Numbered from the stretch's first letter, positions 32,137-42,491 are shown. The stretch: 42,882 nucleotides of DNA from Candidatus Infernicultor aquiphilus (GCA_001873345.1 MNYY01000051.1:1-42882), one strand, 5' to 3'. The notes: generated from the letters alone by a model not told the origin. A program made the numbers and translations.

Positions 32137-35100
32137 ATGAGCTTATCGAAAATATTATCCTTATGGAATAAATCTGAAGAATTTAAAGATATAGTAAAAA
32201 CTATAAAGGGAAATCAACTAAATAAATTCTGGGTTTCCGGTCTTAAAGATAGCACCCGTTCTTTTTTTATGGCTGCTTTAGGAAGTGAGATAGAAAAATC
32301 TTACCTTATTATCGTTGATTCTCCAGAGAATGCCCTAAAGATATACCAAGATCTGGATACTTTTTGGTATAGATCAAAGAACCAGGAAGAGAATCTCTTT
32401 CTCTTACCTTCTTTTGAGGTCCTCCCCTATGAGGATATCAATTCTGATCCCCAGATAATCGAGCAAAGGATCAATATTCTAAAATATCTTTCTACCAATG
32501 ACCAAAATAAAAAGAGAATCATCTTAATCGCTGAGGTTAAAGCTTTGTTGCCTAAATTAGTCTCTCCTCAAAACTTTAAGAAGATAAGTTGGGAATTAAA
32601 AGTAGGAGATGATCTAAAAAAAGAGGATTTTTTAAAAATTTTATTAGATCAGAATTATAAAACGGTAGAAATAGTTGAAAAAAAAAGCGAATTTAGCAAT
32701 CGGGGAGGAATTATCGATTTTTTCCCAGTAACCAGTGAAAATCCTCTTCGATTAGAATTATTTGGAGACCAAATAGAATCAATCAGATATTTTAATAGCA
32801 ATACTCAAAGGTCGATACTCAAATTGAATAATTATACTCTTCTGCCTTCTCGAGAATTAATTGCTGATGGTTCCTCTAATTATAATTATAGTACTATATT
32901 TGATTATTTACCTTCAGATTTAATAGTATTATTGAATGAACCGGAAGTAATTAGAGAAAAAGCGGAGAAATTTCAGGAAGAGATGGAACATATTTACCAA
33001 AAAATACCATCTTCTTATTTTATCACCTGGTCTGAGGTATTTAACCATCTAAAATCTAAAAGAATGATTAATTTTACTTACTTTTCGGAGAAAAATAAAG
33101 AAGAAATTTTCCTTAATCAGACCGAGAAACAAGATAATAGCAGAGAGTTTGTTTTAGAGGGTCAAGAAATGGGGTCTTATTTTGGAAATTTAGATCTATT
33201 TACTAAGGATTTAGAAAAGTGGCAGAAAGATAAACAAAATATTCTTATTCTAGTCCGGGATAAAGGGCGTGCCAGACGTTTAGGTGAGATATTAGAAGAA
33301 AGAGGAGTAAAAAGATTTATCCTAGGAGGGATAGAAGAATATACTCCCTTAAAATCAACTATCTTTATTTCTTATGGTTATCTAAATTATGGTTTTAGAC
33401 TTCCTTTTTTAAAAATAGTTTTAATAACTGATCAGGAAATATTTGGCAAGGAAAGGAACAAAAGATATAAATTAACCAGACATAAGAGTGAACCCTTTTT
33501 CACAGCAATGGATATCTCTCCAGGAGATTATGTAGTACATATTGATCATGGTATAGGGGAATATAAAGGGGTGGTAAATTTAATGGTTAAAGGAGTAAAA
33601 CAAGATTATCTTTTAATCCAATATGCCGAAGGGGATAAATTATATGTCCCGGTAGATCAATTTAATTTGGTTAATAGATATATAGGTATAAAGGATAAAG
33701 CTCCTAAAGTTAATCGTTTAGGAGGAGTTTCTTGGGGAGAAGCCAAAAGAAAAGTAAAAAGGTCGATTCAAAAATTAGCTCAAGAACTTTACAATTTATA
33801 TATTGCTCGTAAAGAGGTTAAAGGTTTTGCCTTTTCTAAAGATAATAACTGGCAACAAGAATTGGAGATGTCTTTCCCTTTTGAAGAAACTTATGATCAA
33901 TTGCAGGCCTTATCGGAGGTTAAAGCTGATATGGAAAGTATCAAACCTATGGAGAGATTAGTTTGCGGAGATGTAGGTTATGGCAAAACAGAGATAGCCA
34001 TAAGAGCTTCCTTTAAAGCGGTATTAGATGGAAAGCAAGTTGCCGTTTTAGCACCAACTACTATTTTGGTACAACAACATTATGATAATTTTCGAGAAAG
34101 AATGAATTCTTTTCCTATAAATATAGATATGCTTTCTCGTTTTAGAACCAAACAGGAACAGAAAAAAGTTATCGAAGATCTAAAAGAAGGGAAAGTAGAT
34201 TTGGTTATCGGAACTCATCGATTAATTCAAAATGATATTGAGTTTAAAGATTTGGGATTGTTAATCGTGGATGAAGAGCAGCGTTTTGGAGTCCTGCACA
34301 AAGAAAGAATAAAAAAATTAAAAGAAAATATTGATTCTCTTACTCTGACTGCTACTCCTATCCCTCGGACCTTACATATGTCACTTATTGGAGTTAGAGA
34401 CTTAAGTGTGATAAATACTCCACCTGAAGACAGATTCCCTATCGCCACTTATGTCTGTCCAAGAGATGATAAAGTGATTGCAGAGGCTATAAGAAGAGAA
34501 TTAGATCGGGATGGACAAATATTCTTTGTCCACAATCGAGTAAGAGATATCCAAAAAGTGGCTCGAGATTTGAATCAGCTCTTTCCTCAAGCCAGAATTG
34601 GAATTGCTCATGGCCAGATGGCAGAAGAACAATTAGAAGAAATAATGATTGATTTTTTAGAAAAGAGATTTAATATCTTAGTTTGTACTACCATCATCGA
34701 AATTGGTTTAGATATTCCCAATGTAAATACTATTCTAATTGATGATGCCCATAAATTAGGACTTTCTCAACTTTATCAGCTAAGGGGAAGAGTGGGAAGG
34801 ACTGACCGACGAGCTTATGCTTATTTCTTTTATCCTTCCTATCGCGGAATTAATGATACTGCTAAAAAGAGATTAGAGGCAATTAAAGAGTTCAGTGAAT
34901 TAGGTTCTGGATTTAAATTGGCTATGCGTGATTTAGAAATTCGAGGAGCAGGGAATCTATTAGGTAAGGAGCAGCATGGTGTAGTAAGTGAAGTAGGGTT
35001 TAATCTTTACTGCCATTTATTAGAAGAGGCTATTCAGGAATTACGAGAAGAAAAAGAGGGGGAAGAGAAGAAAAAAGAAATTACTCCGGTTATTGATCTA

Positions 35101-35523
35101 AAGATAGATGCTTATATCCCCCCAATTTATATTCCTAATTTAGAACAGAGGGTCTTAATCTATCAGAAATTAGCCGAAATTAAAGATTTACCGGATTTAG
35201 AGAGAGCAAAGGAGGAGTTAAGGGATAGATATGGAGTTTACCCTCAAGAAGTAAGGAATTTGTTAGAGATAATATATCTGAAAATATTTTTAAAAAAATT
35301 AGCGATAAGTTCTCTCCAGGTAAAGGAAGAGAGATTGGTTCTTAGATATCTGCAGAATAGGGAAATAAAGTCTAAATTAAGCCGGTTATCTTCTTTCTAT
35401 CAGCAAAGATTAATCGAGGAAGAAAATAGATCGATCGGAATTTCTCAAATTAATCTTTCTGGGATTAAATCTACCGAAATTTTAAAATTTTTAAAGGAAT
35501 TTATGATAAACCTGGCGAAGTAA
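32137..35523 (+). CDS. mfd: Transcription-repair coupling factor
   Basis: 1128-aa ORF with a UvrB-homology N-terminus, an RNAP-interaction (CarD-like) domain (GDYVVHIDHGIGEYKG), superfamily-2 helicase motifs (GDVGYGKTE, DEEQRFGV, QLRGRVGR) and a TRG region. Confidence 0.95.
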   Translation: MSLSKILSLWNKSEEFKDIVKTIKGNQLNKFWVSGLKDSTRSFFMAALGSEIEKSYLIIVDSPENALKIYQDLDTFWYRSKNQEENLFLLPSFEVLPYEDINSDPQIIEQRINILKYLSTNDQNKKRIILIAEVKALLPKLVSPQNFKKISWELKVGDDLKKEDFLKILLDQNYKTVEIVEKKSEFSNRGGIIDFFPVTSENPLRLELFGDQIESIRYFNSNTQRSILKLNNYTLLPSRELIADGSSNYNYSTIFDYLPSDLIVLLNEPEVIREKAEKFQEEMEHIYQKIPSSYFITWSEVFNHLKSKRMINFTYFSEKNKEEIFLNQTEKQDNSREFVLEGQEMGSYFGNLDLFTKDLEKWQKDKQNILILVRDKGRARRLGEILEERGVKRFILGGIEEYTPLKSTIFISYGYLNYGFRLPFLKIVLITDQEIFGKERNKRYKLTRHKSEPFFTAMDISPGDYVVHIDHGIGEYKGVVNLMVKGVKQDYLLIQYAEGDKLYVPVDQFNLVNRYIGIKDKAPKVNRLGGVSWGEAKRKVKRSIQKLAQELYNLYIARKEVKGFAFSKDNNWQQELEMSFPFEETYDQLQALSEVKADMESIKPMERLVCGDVGYGKTEIAIRASFKAVLDGKQVAVLAPTTILVQQHYDNFRERMNSFPINIDMLSRFRTKQEQKKVIEDLKEGKVDLVIGTHRLIQNDIEFKDLGLLIVDEEQRFGVLHKERIKKLKENIDSLTLTATPIPRTLHMSLIGVRDLSVINTPPEDRFPIATYVCPRDDKVIAEAIRRELDRDGQIFFVHNRVRDIQKVARDLNQLFPQARIGIAHGQMAEEQLEEIMIDFLEKRFNILVCTTIIEIGLDIPNVNTILIDDAHKLGLSQLYQLRGRVGRTDRRAYAYFFYPSYRGINDTAKKRLEAIKEFSELGSGFKLAMRDLEIRGAGNLLGKEQHGVVSEVGFNLYCHLLEEAIQELREEKEGEEKKKEITPVIDLKIDAYIPPIYIPNLEQRVLIYQKLAEIKDLPDLERAKEELRDRYGVYPQEVRNLLEIIYLKIFLKKLAISSLQVKEERLVLRYLQNREIKSKLSRLSSFYQQRLIEEENRSIGISQINLSGIKSTEILKFLKEFMINLAK

Positions 35524-35535
35524 ATATAGTATATA

Positions 35536-35552
35536 GTATCGCGTATCGCGTG
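35536..35552 (-). repeat. Module M2 reverse (GTATCGCGTATCGCGTG)
   Basis: It is the reverse complement of the forward copy GACGCGATACGCGATAC at 18197-18213. It lies 13 nt after the mfd stop. Confidence 0.85.
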
Positions 35553-35576
35553 AAGAAAATAATAATGTACAATATG

Positions 35577-35690
35577 TAGGGGCAGACCTTGTGTCTGCCC
35601 GAAATGAGTACATTCAAAACAATAGTTTATACAAAAAAATTTTTAATTATGGTTTTTAGTCCTACGGGCAGACACAAGGTCTGCCCCTAC
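35577..35690. repeat. REPIN: inverted REP pair with a 63-nt A/T-rich spacer
   Basis: GTAGGGGCAGACCTTGTGTCTGCCCG-type REP at 35577-35601 and CGGGCAGACACAAGGTCTGCCCCTAC at 35665-35690. The conserved flanks AATAATAATGTAYAATAY and TAGTCCTAC...GAYTATT are shared with the REPIN at 22508-22578. Confidence 0.9.
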
Positions 35691-35736
35691 GATTATTTGA
35701 CAAATTCACTAACGACTAATAAATACGGAGGAGAAA

Positions 35737-36141
35737 ATGTACCAAGAATACCAGGAAGAGAAAAAATTATTTACCGAAATGATGAATATTATAGCTAAAT
35801 TAAGGGGACCAGAAGGTTGTCTTTGGGATAGAAAACAGACTTTAGAATCCCTGACTACTAATATTCTGGAAGAAGCTAAAGAGATTTCAGAGGCAGTTAA
35901 ATCCCAGGATATAGATAATTTGCGTGAAGAATTGGGTGACTTATTAATGGTCATCTTTATGGAGATTGAAACTGCCAGAGAAAAGGGTTTATTTAGTTAT
36001 TCTGAAGTATTAGCCGGGGCAATAGATAAATTTGTTAGAAGACATCCTCATGTCTTTGGTGATTTAAAAGTGAATACTCCTGAAGAAGCTTTAGCAGTTT
36101 GGGAGAAGATGAAAACGAAAGAAAAAGAAATAAATAATTAA
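35737..36141 (+). CDS. mazG: MazG-family nucleoside triphosphate pyrophosphohydrolase (single domain)
   Basis: LRGPEGCLWDRKQTLESL...ILEEAKEISEAV...ELGDLLM and RRHPHVFG. GGAGG lies 5 nt upstream. Confidence 0.8.
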   Translation: MYQEYQEEKKLFTEMMNIIAKLRGPEGCLWDRKQTLESLTTNILEEAKEISEAVKSQDIDNLREELGDLLMVIFMEIETAREKGLFSYSEVLAGAIDKFVRRHPHVFGDLKVNTPEEALAVWEKMKTKEKEINN

Positions 36142-36244
36142 AAATATTATTAATTTGAATTAGAAATCTATTTAAATCTAAAAAAATTAATTTAAGCTGT
36201 ATTAAGATATATGATATAATAAATTTGTATTTAGTGAATATAGC

Positions 36245-36392
36245 ATATGGCGGGTAGAGTTTAGCGTGTAGAGGTAGGGGCTTGATTTATCAAGCCCGCA
36301 GAACTCGGGTCGGATAAATCCGACCCCTACATCAAAAACAATACTTTATTGACTTAGCCTATACGCTAAACGCTGTACGCTATACGCTAACC
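36245..36392. repeat. Nested palindrome: M6 forward, hairpin pair H2+H3 (36274-36330), M6 reverse
   Basis: ATATGGCGGGTAGAGTTTAGCGTGTAGAG, then GTAGGGGCTTGATTTATCAAGCCCGCAGAACTCGGGTCGGATAAATCCGACCCCTAC, then TACGCTAAACGCTGTACGCTATACGCTAACC. Confidence 0.9.
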
Positions 36393-36408
36393 ATATACTA
36401 ACGAATGC

Positions 36409-36476
36409 AATTGGCAAATTGGCAAATTGGTAAATTGGCAAATTGGTGCATTAGTGCATTGGTAAATTGGAGAATT
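36409..36476 (+). repeat. Module M1 octamer array, forward (8.5 units)
   Basis: AATTGGCA AATTGGCA AATTGGTA AATTGGCA AATTGGTG CATTAGTG CATTGGTA AATTGGAG AATT. The last GGAG serves as the SD for ATG 36482. Confidence 0.95.
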
Positions 36477-36481
36477 ATTAC

Positions 36482-39400
36482 ATGCCCGATAAAAATTCAA
36501 AAAAATCTTTTCCTAAAATAATATTAGTTTCTCTAATTCTCATTGCTCTAATTACTGGAGTTTATTTTACTATTCGAAGCAATCTGGCAAAAGAAGAGAT
36601 AAAGGGTCTGATTATTTCTAAATTAGAGAATGCTATGGAGCGGGGAATTTATATTGAAAAAGTTAAAGATTATTCGTTTAAATCTGTAACTCTATCTAAT
36701 TTTAAAATATTTCAGGATAAATCATTAAAAGAGGAGGATTTACTCCTTGAAGCAAAGGAAATAATTATTAATTATAATCTCGATTTATTTTCTGCTCTAA
36801 GAAAGAAAATGACCTGGAATATTGAAGATATGATTATAGTGGAACCCCAGATGACCTTGGTAAGAGATAGTCAGGGGACCTTTGATTTTATGAAAAAATT
36901 TAATTTAAGATATAATAATTTTTTGGATAAATTTACCGTTAATAAAGTAAATATTAAGAGCGGAAATTTATTTTATAAAGATTACCAAGTCTATAAGGAA
37001 GATGGACTCCTGACTATAGTAAAATCTTTAAATGGTTCTTTTTATCTGGGAAATTTACCCCAAGTAGAGTTTGATGGTACAGGTTTAAAGAAAGAAGATG
37101 ATACTCTTCTTACTTTAAAGGGATATTTTTGTGCTGATGGGTCAAATTATTCCCTCGATTTTAACTTTAAAAATGCTGATATTACTCATTTTCAATATTA
37201 TGTGGCTCAAGCTGAACCCTTTAATTTAAAAAAAGGGCTGTTTGATTTAACTCTACATTTAGATTTCGATAAAAATAATACCCAGAATAATAAAATTATC
37301 TGGTATGGTAGTGCTTCTACGAAAAATACTGAATTATTACCTGATTTTTTAGGGGGATTGGAAATCAAACAATTAGAAGGTGTAGTAAAATTTGATTCTA
37401 AGGAAACTACGATAGAGAAGATAACTGCTTTTTATAAGAACTCCCCCTTCACCCTCCAGGGAAAGGTAACTTATCCAGAAAAATTAAATTATTGTATAAA
37501 TGTACTATCCGATGATTTTAAATTAAATGACTTAAAGGAATATTTAAAGAGCTATTTACCTCTCTCTAATGAATTAAAAGTTGAGGGTAAATCTAACCTA
37601 TCCTTTATAGTAAGTGGTTCGGAAGAAGATTTTCAAGCACAGGGAGAATTGCTAACCAAACAGGGTAATATAGAGGGGTATGATTTAGCTAATCTAGAGA
37701 CAGAATTCCAATACAATCGAGAGGGTATTTATTTTAAGAATATAAAGGCAGAGATTGGAGGAGGTAATATTGAAGGCTCAGGTAGGATTAATCTAAAAGA
37801 CGAATTACCTAAATATAACCTTTTATTTAATCTTACTCGGCTAAGTGTAGAAAGTGATCTTCTAAAATCTCTTCACTTAAATTATTTAAAGAATGGTCCA
37901 TTATCGGGGAAAGTAGAGATTAAGGATGATAATGGTGAGCTAGAAAAGATTAACCTCTCTACCGAAATAAGGATTGAAGATAAAGCCGGTATCCTTTCTC
38001 TAAATGCCAAAGGTACCATTACTAAAAATAATTATCTGGATTTAAAAGTAAAGACTACCGGAATTAATTTAGAAGCATTAGGAGAAATTTTAAATTATCA
38101 AGGGATTAAAGGGTTGGCAAGTTTTAACGGTAGCTTAAGTGGTTTACCTGATGATTTAAAAATTAGCGGAAAGATTGAGGCAGAAAAAGGGCAGATCTCT
38201 GAATTGCCTTTTGATTTTTTGGAAGGAAAAATAAATTATCAGGCAAATAAGGTTCAATTAGAAGAAGTTATCTTTAGAAATAAAGGTTTGGTCTTTAAGG
38301 GGAAAGGAAATATTGATTTATTAGAGAAAAAAAATATTTATTTAGATTTGACTTTACAGCTAGAGCAGGCAGACCTAAACTACCTTGCCACTCTCTATAA
38401 TTATGATTTATCAGTACTTGGCTTGGTCCAGGGAGAAATTTCCCTTCAGGGTAATTGGCCTCAAGTTGTGGCTAAGGGAGATTTAAAATTGAAAGATATT
38501 AATTTAGTAAACTATAAAGCGGAATCTGGGAATCTGATTTTTACCCTAAAAGATAAAAAAATAAAAATAGAAAATTTAGTTTTAAAATCTGGGGAAGCTC
38601 AGCTCTATTCGCAAGGGGAAATAAATTTAGAGGAGGATTTACCTTTAGATCTAAGAGTTAATTTTTTAAACCAAAATATTAGAGACTTGTTGGTAAACTT
38701 TACCGGGTTAGATTTAATCAGTAAATTTAAAGGGCAGGCTACTGGTTCTCTGGAGATTAAAGGTAATTATACTTCTCCTGACTTATATTTATCGGCATTG
38801 ATTGAAGATGCTCAATTAGAGGAGATGCCTTTAAATTCTATAGATATAAAGTTAGATAAAATTGGCTCTAGGCTAAGGATTAATAAATTAAAATTAAAAC
38901 AAAGTAAGGGTGAGTTTATAGGTAATGGATGGATTGATTTTGATCAGAATAATAAAAATTTAAAGATTAGTATTTCTGCAAATAATATAGATTTAGGCCA
39001 ACTATCTCATCTTTTTAGGGTAGAAGAGGAAATTAAAGGTCTGGTAAACTTCAAGGCAGAAATCGAAGGAGATCTCAACTTACCTACCATTTCTTTCGGA
39101 GCACAGATAGAAAAGGCAGAATTTTCAGGTTTTTATTTTGATAAACTTAGTGTAGAAGCTCTATATAATCAGGATATTTTAGAGGTTAAACAATTTATTT
39201 TAGATAAAGATGGACATCAGATAAAAGGTAATGGTAAAATACCCTATAAATTTTCTTTTCTGAACCAAGATGAAATTGCTCCCAGTTTGGCCAATCTTCC
39301 TTTAGATTTTAACCTAACTTTACAAAACACTGATTTAAGTTTTATGAAAATATTTTTTAAGAAAGAGCTTAAGCAGGTTCAGGGACTGACTAATGCTGAT

Positions 39401-40624
39401 CTAAAACTTTCTGGAACCTTAAACCACCCAATTTTAAATGGAAGCATTACCCTTACTAAGGGAGAAGTAGAATTTTATGCATTACCGTCAAAAATAAGTG
39501 ATTTAAGCATCCTTCTGCAGTTAGAAGATAATTTAGTTAAAATAGAAGATATGAATTTTCAGATGGACCAATATAAGATTTATACTTCCGGGAAATTTGC
39601 TTTAAATAACTTGCAACCTCAAGATTTAGACATTAATATATGGAATAATAAGGAAGAAGAAATTTTATATCAGGATATTTTTAAAGCTCAAGTTGCTTTA
39701 AATGCCAAGGTAACTGGGTCATTTACTTCTCCTCATATCAAAGGAAGTTTGACTCTTTCTAAGGGAGAACTGAATTGGAAAGAAAACAACCAGGAAACTC
39801 CTTCTGATTTATCTGAGTTTCTATCTAAATTAATTAATATTAAAGGAGATATCGATTTACAGCTAAAAGTCGCCGATGATTTTACAGCTAAAACTAAAGA
39901 TTTTAATATGAAATTAGAGGGAGATATAAAAGTTCAAGGTACTTTATCTGCTCCAAAATTAAACGGGGAATTAGAGATTAAACAAGGCTATATTGACTTT
40001 TTAGATAAAAAATTTAGAATATCGAGGGGTAAAGCAATTTTTTCTAATTCTTCCGGAAAAGACCTAATTTTAAATCTAGAAGCAAAGACTGAAATTGATT
40101 CCATCAATGTATTTTTAAGCCTAAGTGGAATTCTTGCTCAACCTATGATGGTACTTAGTTCCTCACCTCCTTTAAGTGAAAGTGAAATAATTTCTCTTTT
40201 GATGTTTAATAAAAACTATGCTGGTTTGACTGAAGGGGAGATGGGAACAATATTAAAGGAAGAAATGATTAATTTAATTGCTCAAGGATTGAGCATAAGA
40301 TTTCTAAACCAGATAGAAAATGAAGTCGCTAATTCTTTAGGTCTAGATGAATTTAAAATTGAAACCATCTTCAAACAAGATCAGGGTTCTAATTTTGCTT
40401 TTATTCCAGGTTTTGCTTTAGAAAGTTTAGTTCTTAAAATAGGAAAATATTTTTCTGAAAATTTCTATTTAACCTATTCTACTCCTTTAAATGAAATAGG
40501 AAAAAGTAACATAGAATTAGAATATAAAATTAAGGACGATTTCACCCTAAATACTCAAGTAGGTTTACCAGGCCTACAACATAATAGTTTTGAATTTAAA
40601 ATAGAACTTAAATATGGATTTTGA
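36482..40624 (+). CDS. tamB: TamB-like translocation and assembly module protein (AsmA-like, C-terminal DUF490)
   Basis: A roughly 1380-aa ORF with a single N-terminal TM segment (ILVSLILIALITGVYF). It has a long beta-rich repetitive body (recurring G.L.L.G motifs) and a C-terminal LSSSPPLSESEIISLL...G segment typical of TamB. It is adjacent to bamA. The track's TTG at 36467 lies inside the octamer array. Confidence 0.75.
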   Translation: MPDKNSKKSFPKIILVSLILIALITGVYFTIRSNLAKEEIKGLIISKLENAMERGIYIEKVKDYSFKSVTLSNFKIFQDKSLKEEDLLLEAKEIIINYNLDLFSALRKKMTWNIEDMIIVEPQMTLVRDSQGTFDFMKKFNLRYNNFLDKFTVNKVNIKSGNLFYKDYQVYKEDGLLTIVKSLNGSFYLGNLPQVEFDGTGLKKEDDTLLTLKGYFCADGSNYSLDFNFKNADITHFQYYVAQAEPFNLKKGLFDLTLHLDFDKNNTQNNKIIWYGSASTKNTELLPDFLGGLEIKQLEGVVKFDSKETTIEKITAFYKNSPFTLQGKVTYPEKLNYCINVLSDDFKLNDLKEYLKSYLPLSNELKVEGKSNLSFIVSGSEEDFQAQGELLTKQGNIEGYDLANLETEFQYNREGIYFKNIKAEIGGGNIEGSGRINLKDELPKYNLLFNLTRLSVESDLLKSLHLNYLKNGPLSGKVEIKDDNGELEKINLSTEIRIEDKAGILSLNAKGTITKNNYLDLKVKTTGINLEALGEILNYQGIKGLASFNGSLSGLPDDLKISGKIEAEKGQISELPFDFLEGKINYQANKVQLEEVIFRNKGLVFKGKGNIDLLEKKNIYLDLTLQLEQADLNYLATLYNYDLSVLGLVQGEISLQGNWPQVVAKGDLKLKDINLVNYKAESGNLIFTLKDKKIKIENLVLKSGEAQLYSQGEINLEEDLPLDLRVNFLNQNIRDLLVNFTGLDLISKFKGQATGSLEIKGNYTSPDLYLSALIEDAQLEEMPLNSIDIKLDKIGSRLRINKLKLKQSKGEFIGNGWIDFDQNNKNLKISISANNIDLGQLSHLFRVEEEIKGLVNFKAEIEGDLNLPTISFGAQIEKAEFSGFYFDKLSVEALYNQDILEVKQFILDKDGHQIKGNGKIPYKFSFLNQDEIAPSLANLPLDFNLTLQNTDLSFMKIFFKKELKQVQGLTNADLKLSGTLNHPILNGSITLTKGEVEFYALPSKISDLSILLQLEDNLVKIEDMNFQMDQYKIYTSGKFALNNLQPQDLDINIWNNKEEEILYQDIFKAQVALNAKVTGSFTSPHIKGSLTLSKGELNWKENNQETPSDLSEFLSKLINIKGDIDLQLKVADDFTAKTKDFNMKLEGDIKVQGTLSAPKLNGELEIKQGYIDFLDKKFRISRGKAIFSNSSGKDLILNLEAKTEIDSINVFLSLSGILAQPMMVLSSSPPLSESEIISLLMFNKNYAGLTEGEMGTILKEEMINLIAQGLSIRFLNQIENEVANSLGLDEFKIETIFKQDQGSNFAFIPGFALESLVLKIGKYFSENFYLTYSTPLNEIGKSNIELEYKIKDDFTLNTQVGLPGLQHNSFEFKIELKYGF

Positions 40625-40745
40625 AAAATAAAATAGGGTAAGCTCTCGACATTAGATATTTATTGGTATAAAATCTTTTATAAAAGTGTCTAATATCTAA
40701 TATCAGAAGCTGACCACTAATAAAAAATCTAGGAGGAATAAAAAA

Positions 40746-42491
40746 GTGCCAAAGAAGAAGTGGAACTATATATTATTAACAGGATTTTTAACTTTGATAT
40801 TTATCTGGGTTGGTTTAAATATGGTTGAGGCAGAAAATCAAGGAAAGATAACTGCTATTGTAGTAGAGGGAAATGAAAATATTTCTAAAGATTTAATAAT
40901 TTCTCAAATTACCTCTAATCTGGGAGATGTTTTTTCTAAAGAAAGCATTGAAAAGGATGTAAAAGCGATATATGAGTTAGGTTATTTTAAAGATGTAAGA
41001 GTAAAATTAGAATCTTTTCGAGAAGGGTATAAAGTAGTATTTGTAGTAGTTGAGAATTTAGCGGTAAAAGAAATTAATATTACCGGTAATACGGTAGTCT
41101 CTAAGGAAGAGATGAGAGAAGTAATGATTTTACAAGAAGGACAGATTTTTAGCCAAAAAATATTAAAAAATGATCTTACTCGTATTTCCCAACTCTATAA
41201 AGACCGGGGGTATCTTTTAATTAATATTAAAGATATTAATTTTGATGAAGAAGGAAAATTATGGATAAATATTTCTGAGGGCCGACTGGAAAAGATAGTA
41301 ATTGAAGGTAATGATAAGACCAAAGAAAAGGTAATTACCCGAGAAATTAATATTAAACCTGGAGATCTCTTTGATTTTGAGAAAGTAAAAAAATCTTTAC
41401 AAAAAATCTATAACTTAGGCTATTTTGAAGATGTAACTATGAAATTAGAACCAGGAAGTGAAGAGGATGTAGTAGTTTTAGTAATCAAAGTAATTGAAAA
41501 AAATACCGGGAAATTTGGAATTGGAGCAGGATATAATTCTGAAGAGGGTCTTATGGGATTTGCCAGTATAGAAGAAATGAATCTTTTTGGGGGAGGTCAG
41601 AAAGTAGGAGCCAAATTAGAGTTAGGGGGTCGAACAACTTATAAAGTATCCTTTTTAGAACCGTGGTTAGCTAATACACCTACTTCTTTGGGTTTTGATG
41701 TATATGATACTACAACAAACCAAGAGGATAAAGAGGGTGAAGAAGTTATTGCTGAGTATGATGAAATAAAATTAGGAGGTAGACTTATTTTTGGAAGGAA
41801 GATAAGTGATTCAATTAATTTAGGGTTGGAATTAAAGACTGAAAGAGTGAATTATGATCTGATTTCCGGAGCTTTGCCTGAAGATACTAATGAAGGCTTA
41901 ACTAATAGCCTTATGCCAACTTTTACTTATGACACTCGTGACAATGTATTTGATCCTACTTCCGGTTGGTATAGTAGTCTTTCTATAGAAAAAGCAGGTG
42001 GATTTTTAAGAGGAGATTATAATTTTACTAAATATAATTTAACTCTTAGAACTTATCTTTCTACGGACTTTTTTAAAGATATATTTAATATTGGTGGATT
42101 TAAAAAGATAACTGATAATTTAAGCAAAGGAGTATTGGCTTTTAGAGCTATGGGTGGTATGGCAGATACTGATTTGCCTTCTTTTGCAGAATATCAAGTA
42201 GGAGGAATGAATACGATAAGAGGTTATGATTCAGGTGAATTTTCCGGGGATAAATCTTTGGTATTTAATGCAGAGTATAGATTTCCTTTAGCTGAAAATT
42301 TTCAAGCTGTACTTTTTGTAGATTGGGGCCAAACTTGGGATATTGAAGAAAGCATTGATATTGCTGATTTAAAGTTTGGTCGAGGAGTAGGTGTTCGTTT
42401 TGATACACCTATTGGACCAATCAGATTGGACTATGGTATTAATGAAGAAGGAATTGGAAAAACTTACTTTAGTATAGGACATACTTTTTAG
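40746..42491 (+). CDS. bamA: Outer membrane protein assembly factor BamA (Omp85 family)
   Basis: GTG start 9 nt after AGGAGG. It has a signal/TM segment and repeated POTRA-like units (I..I.VEGN....E.I, Y...GY). The C-terminal barrel carries VGGMNTIRGY and ends in an aromatic residue (HTF). Confidence 0.9.
   Translation: MPKKKWNYILLTGFLTLIFIWVGLNMVEAENQGKITAIVVEGNENISKDLIISQITSNLGDVFSKESIEKDVKAIYELGYFKDVRVKLESFREGYKVVFVVVENLAVKEINITGNTVVSKEEMREVMILQEGQIFSQKILKNDLTRISQLYKDRGYLLINIKDINFDEEGKLWINISEGRLEKIVIEGNDKTKEKVITREINIKPGDLFDFEKVKKSLQKIYNLGYFEDVTMKLEPGSEEDVVVLVIKVIEKNTGKFGIGAGYNSEEGLMGFASIEEMNLFGGGQKVGAKLELGGRTTYKVSFLEPWLANTPTSLGFDVYDTTTNQEDKEGEEVIAEYDEIKLGGRLIFGRKISDSINLGLELKTERVNYDLISGALPEDTNEGLTNSLMPTFTYDTRDNVFDPTSGWYSSLSIEKAGGFLRGDYNFTKYNLTLRTYLSTDFFKDIFNIGGFKKITDNLSKGVLAFRAMGGMADTDLPSFAEYQVGGMNTIRGYDSGEFSGDKSLVFNAEYRFPLAENFQAVLFVDWGQTWDIEESIDIADLKFGRGVGVRFDTPIGPIRLDYGINEEGIGKTYFSIGHTF

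Noticed and set aside
1321-34448. All remaining minus-strand ORFs in the track (for example 1321-1659, 4926-5234, 8794-8979, 11129-11683, 14393-14934, 21073-21306, 28546-28923, 29394-29916, 31221-31424, 34227-34448)
   Set aside because: Each is nested antisense within a well-supported + strand gene. They are short and have the low-complexity, AT-driven composition expected by chance in an AT-rich genome.
35589-35954. ORFs 35589-35798 (+) and 35709-35954 (-)
   Set aside because: The first spans the REPIN and the M4 tract in a different frame from mazG. The second is antisense to mazG. Neither has coding support.
40625-40745. Inverted repeat ATTAGATATT / AATATCTAAT between tamB and bamA as another module
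   Set aside because: It is a single short AT-rich inverted repeat, not shared with other spacers, and could arise by chance.
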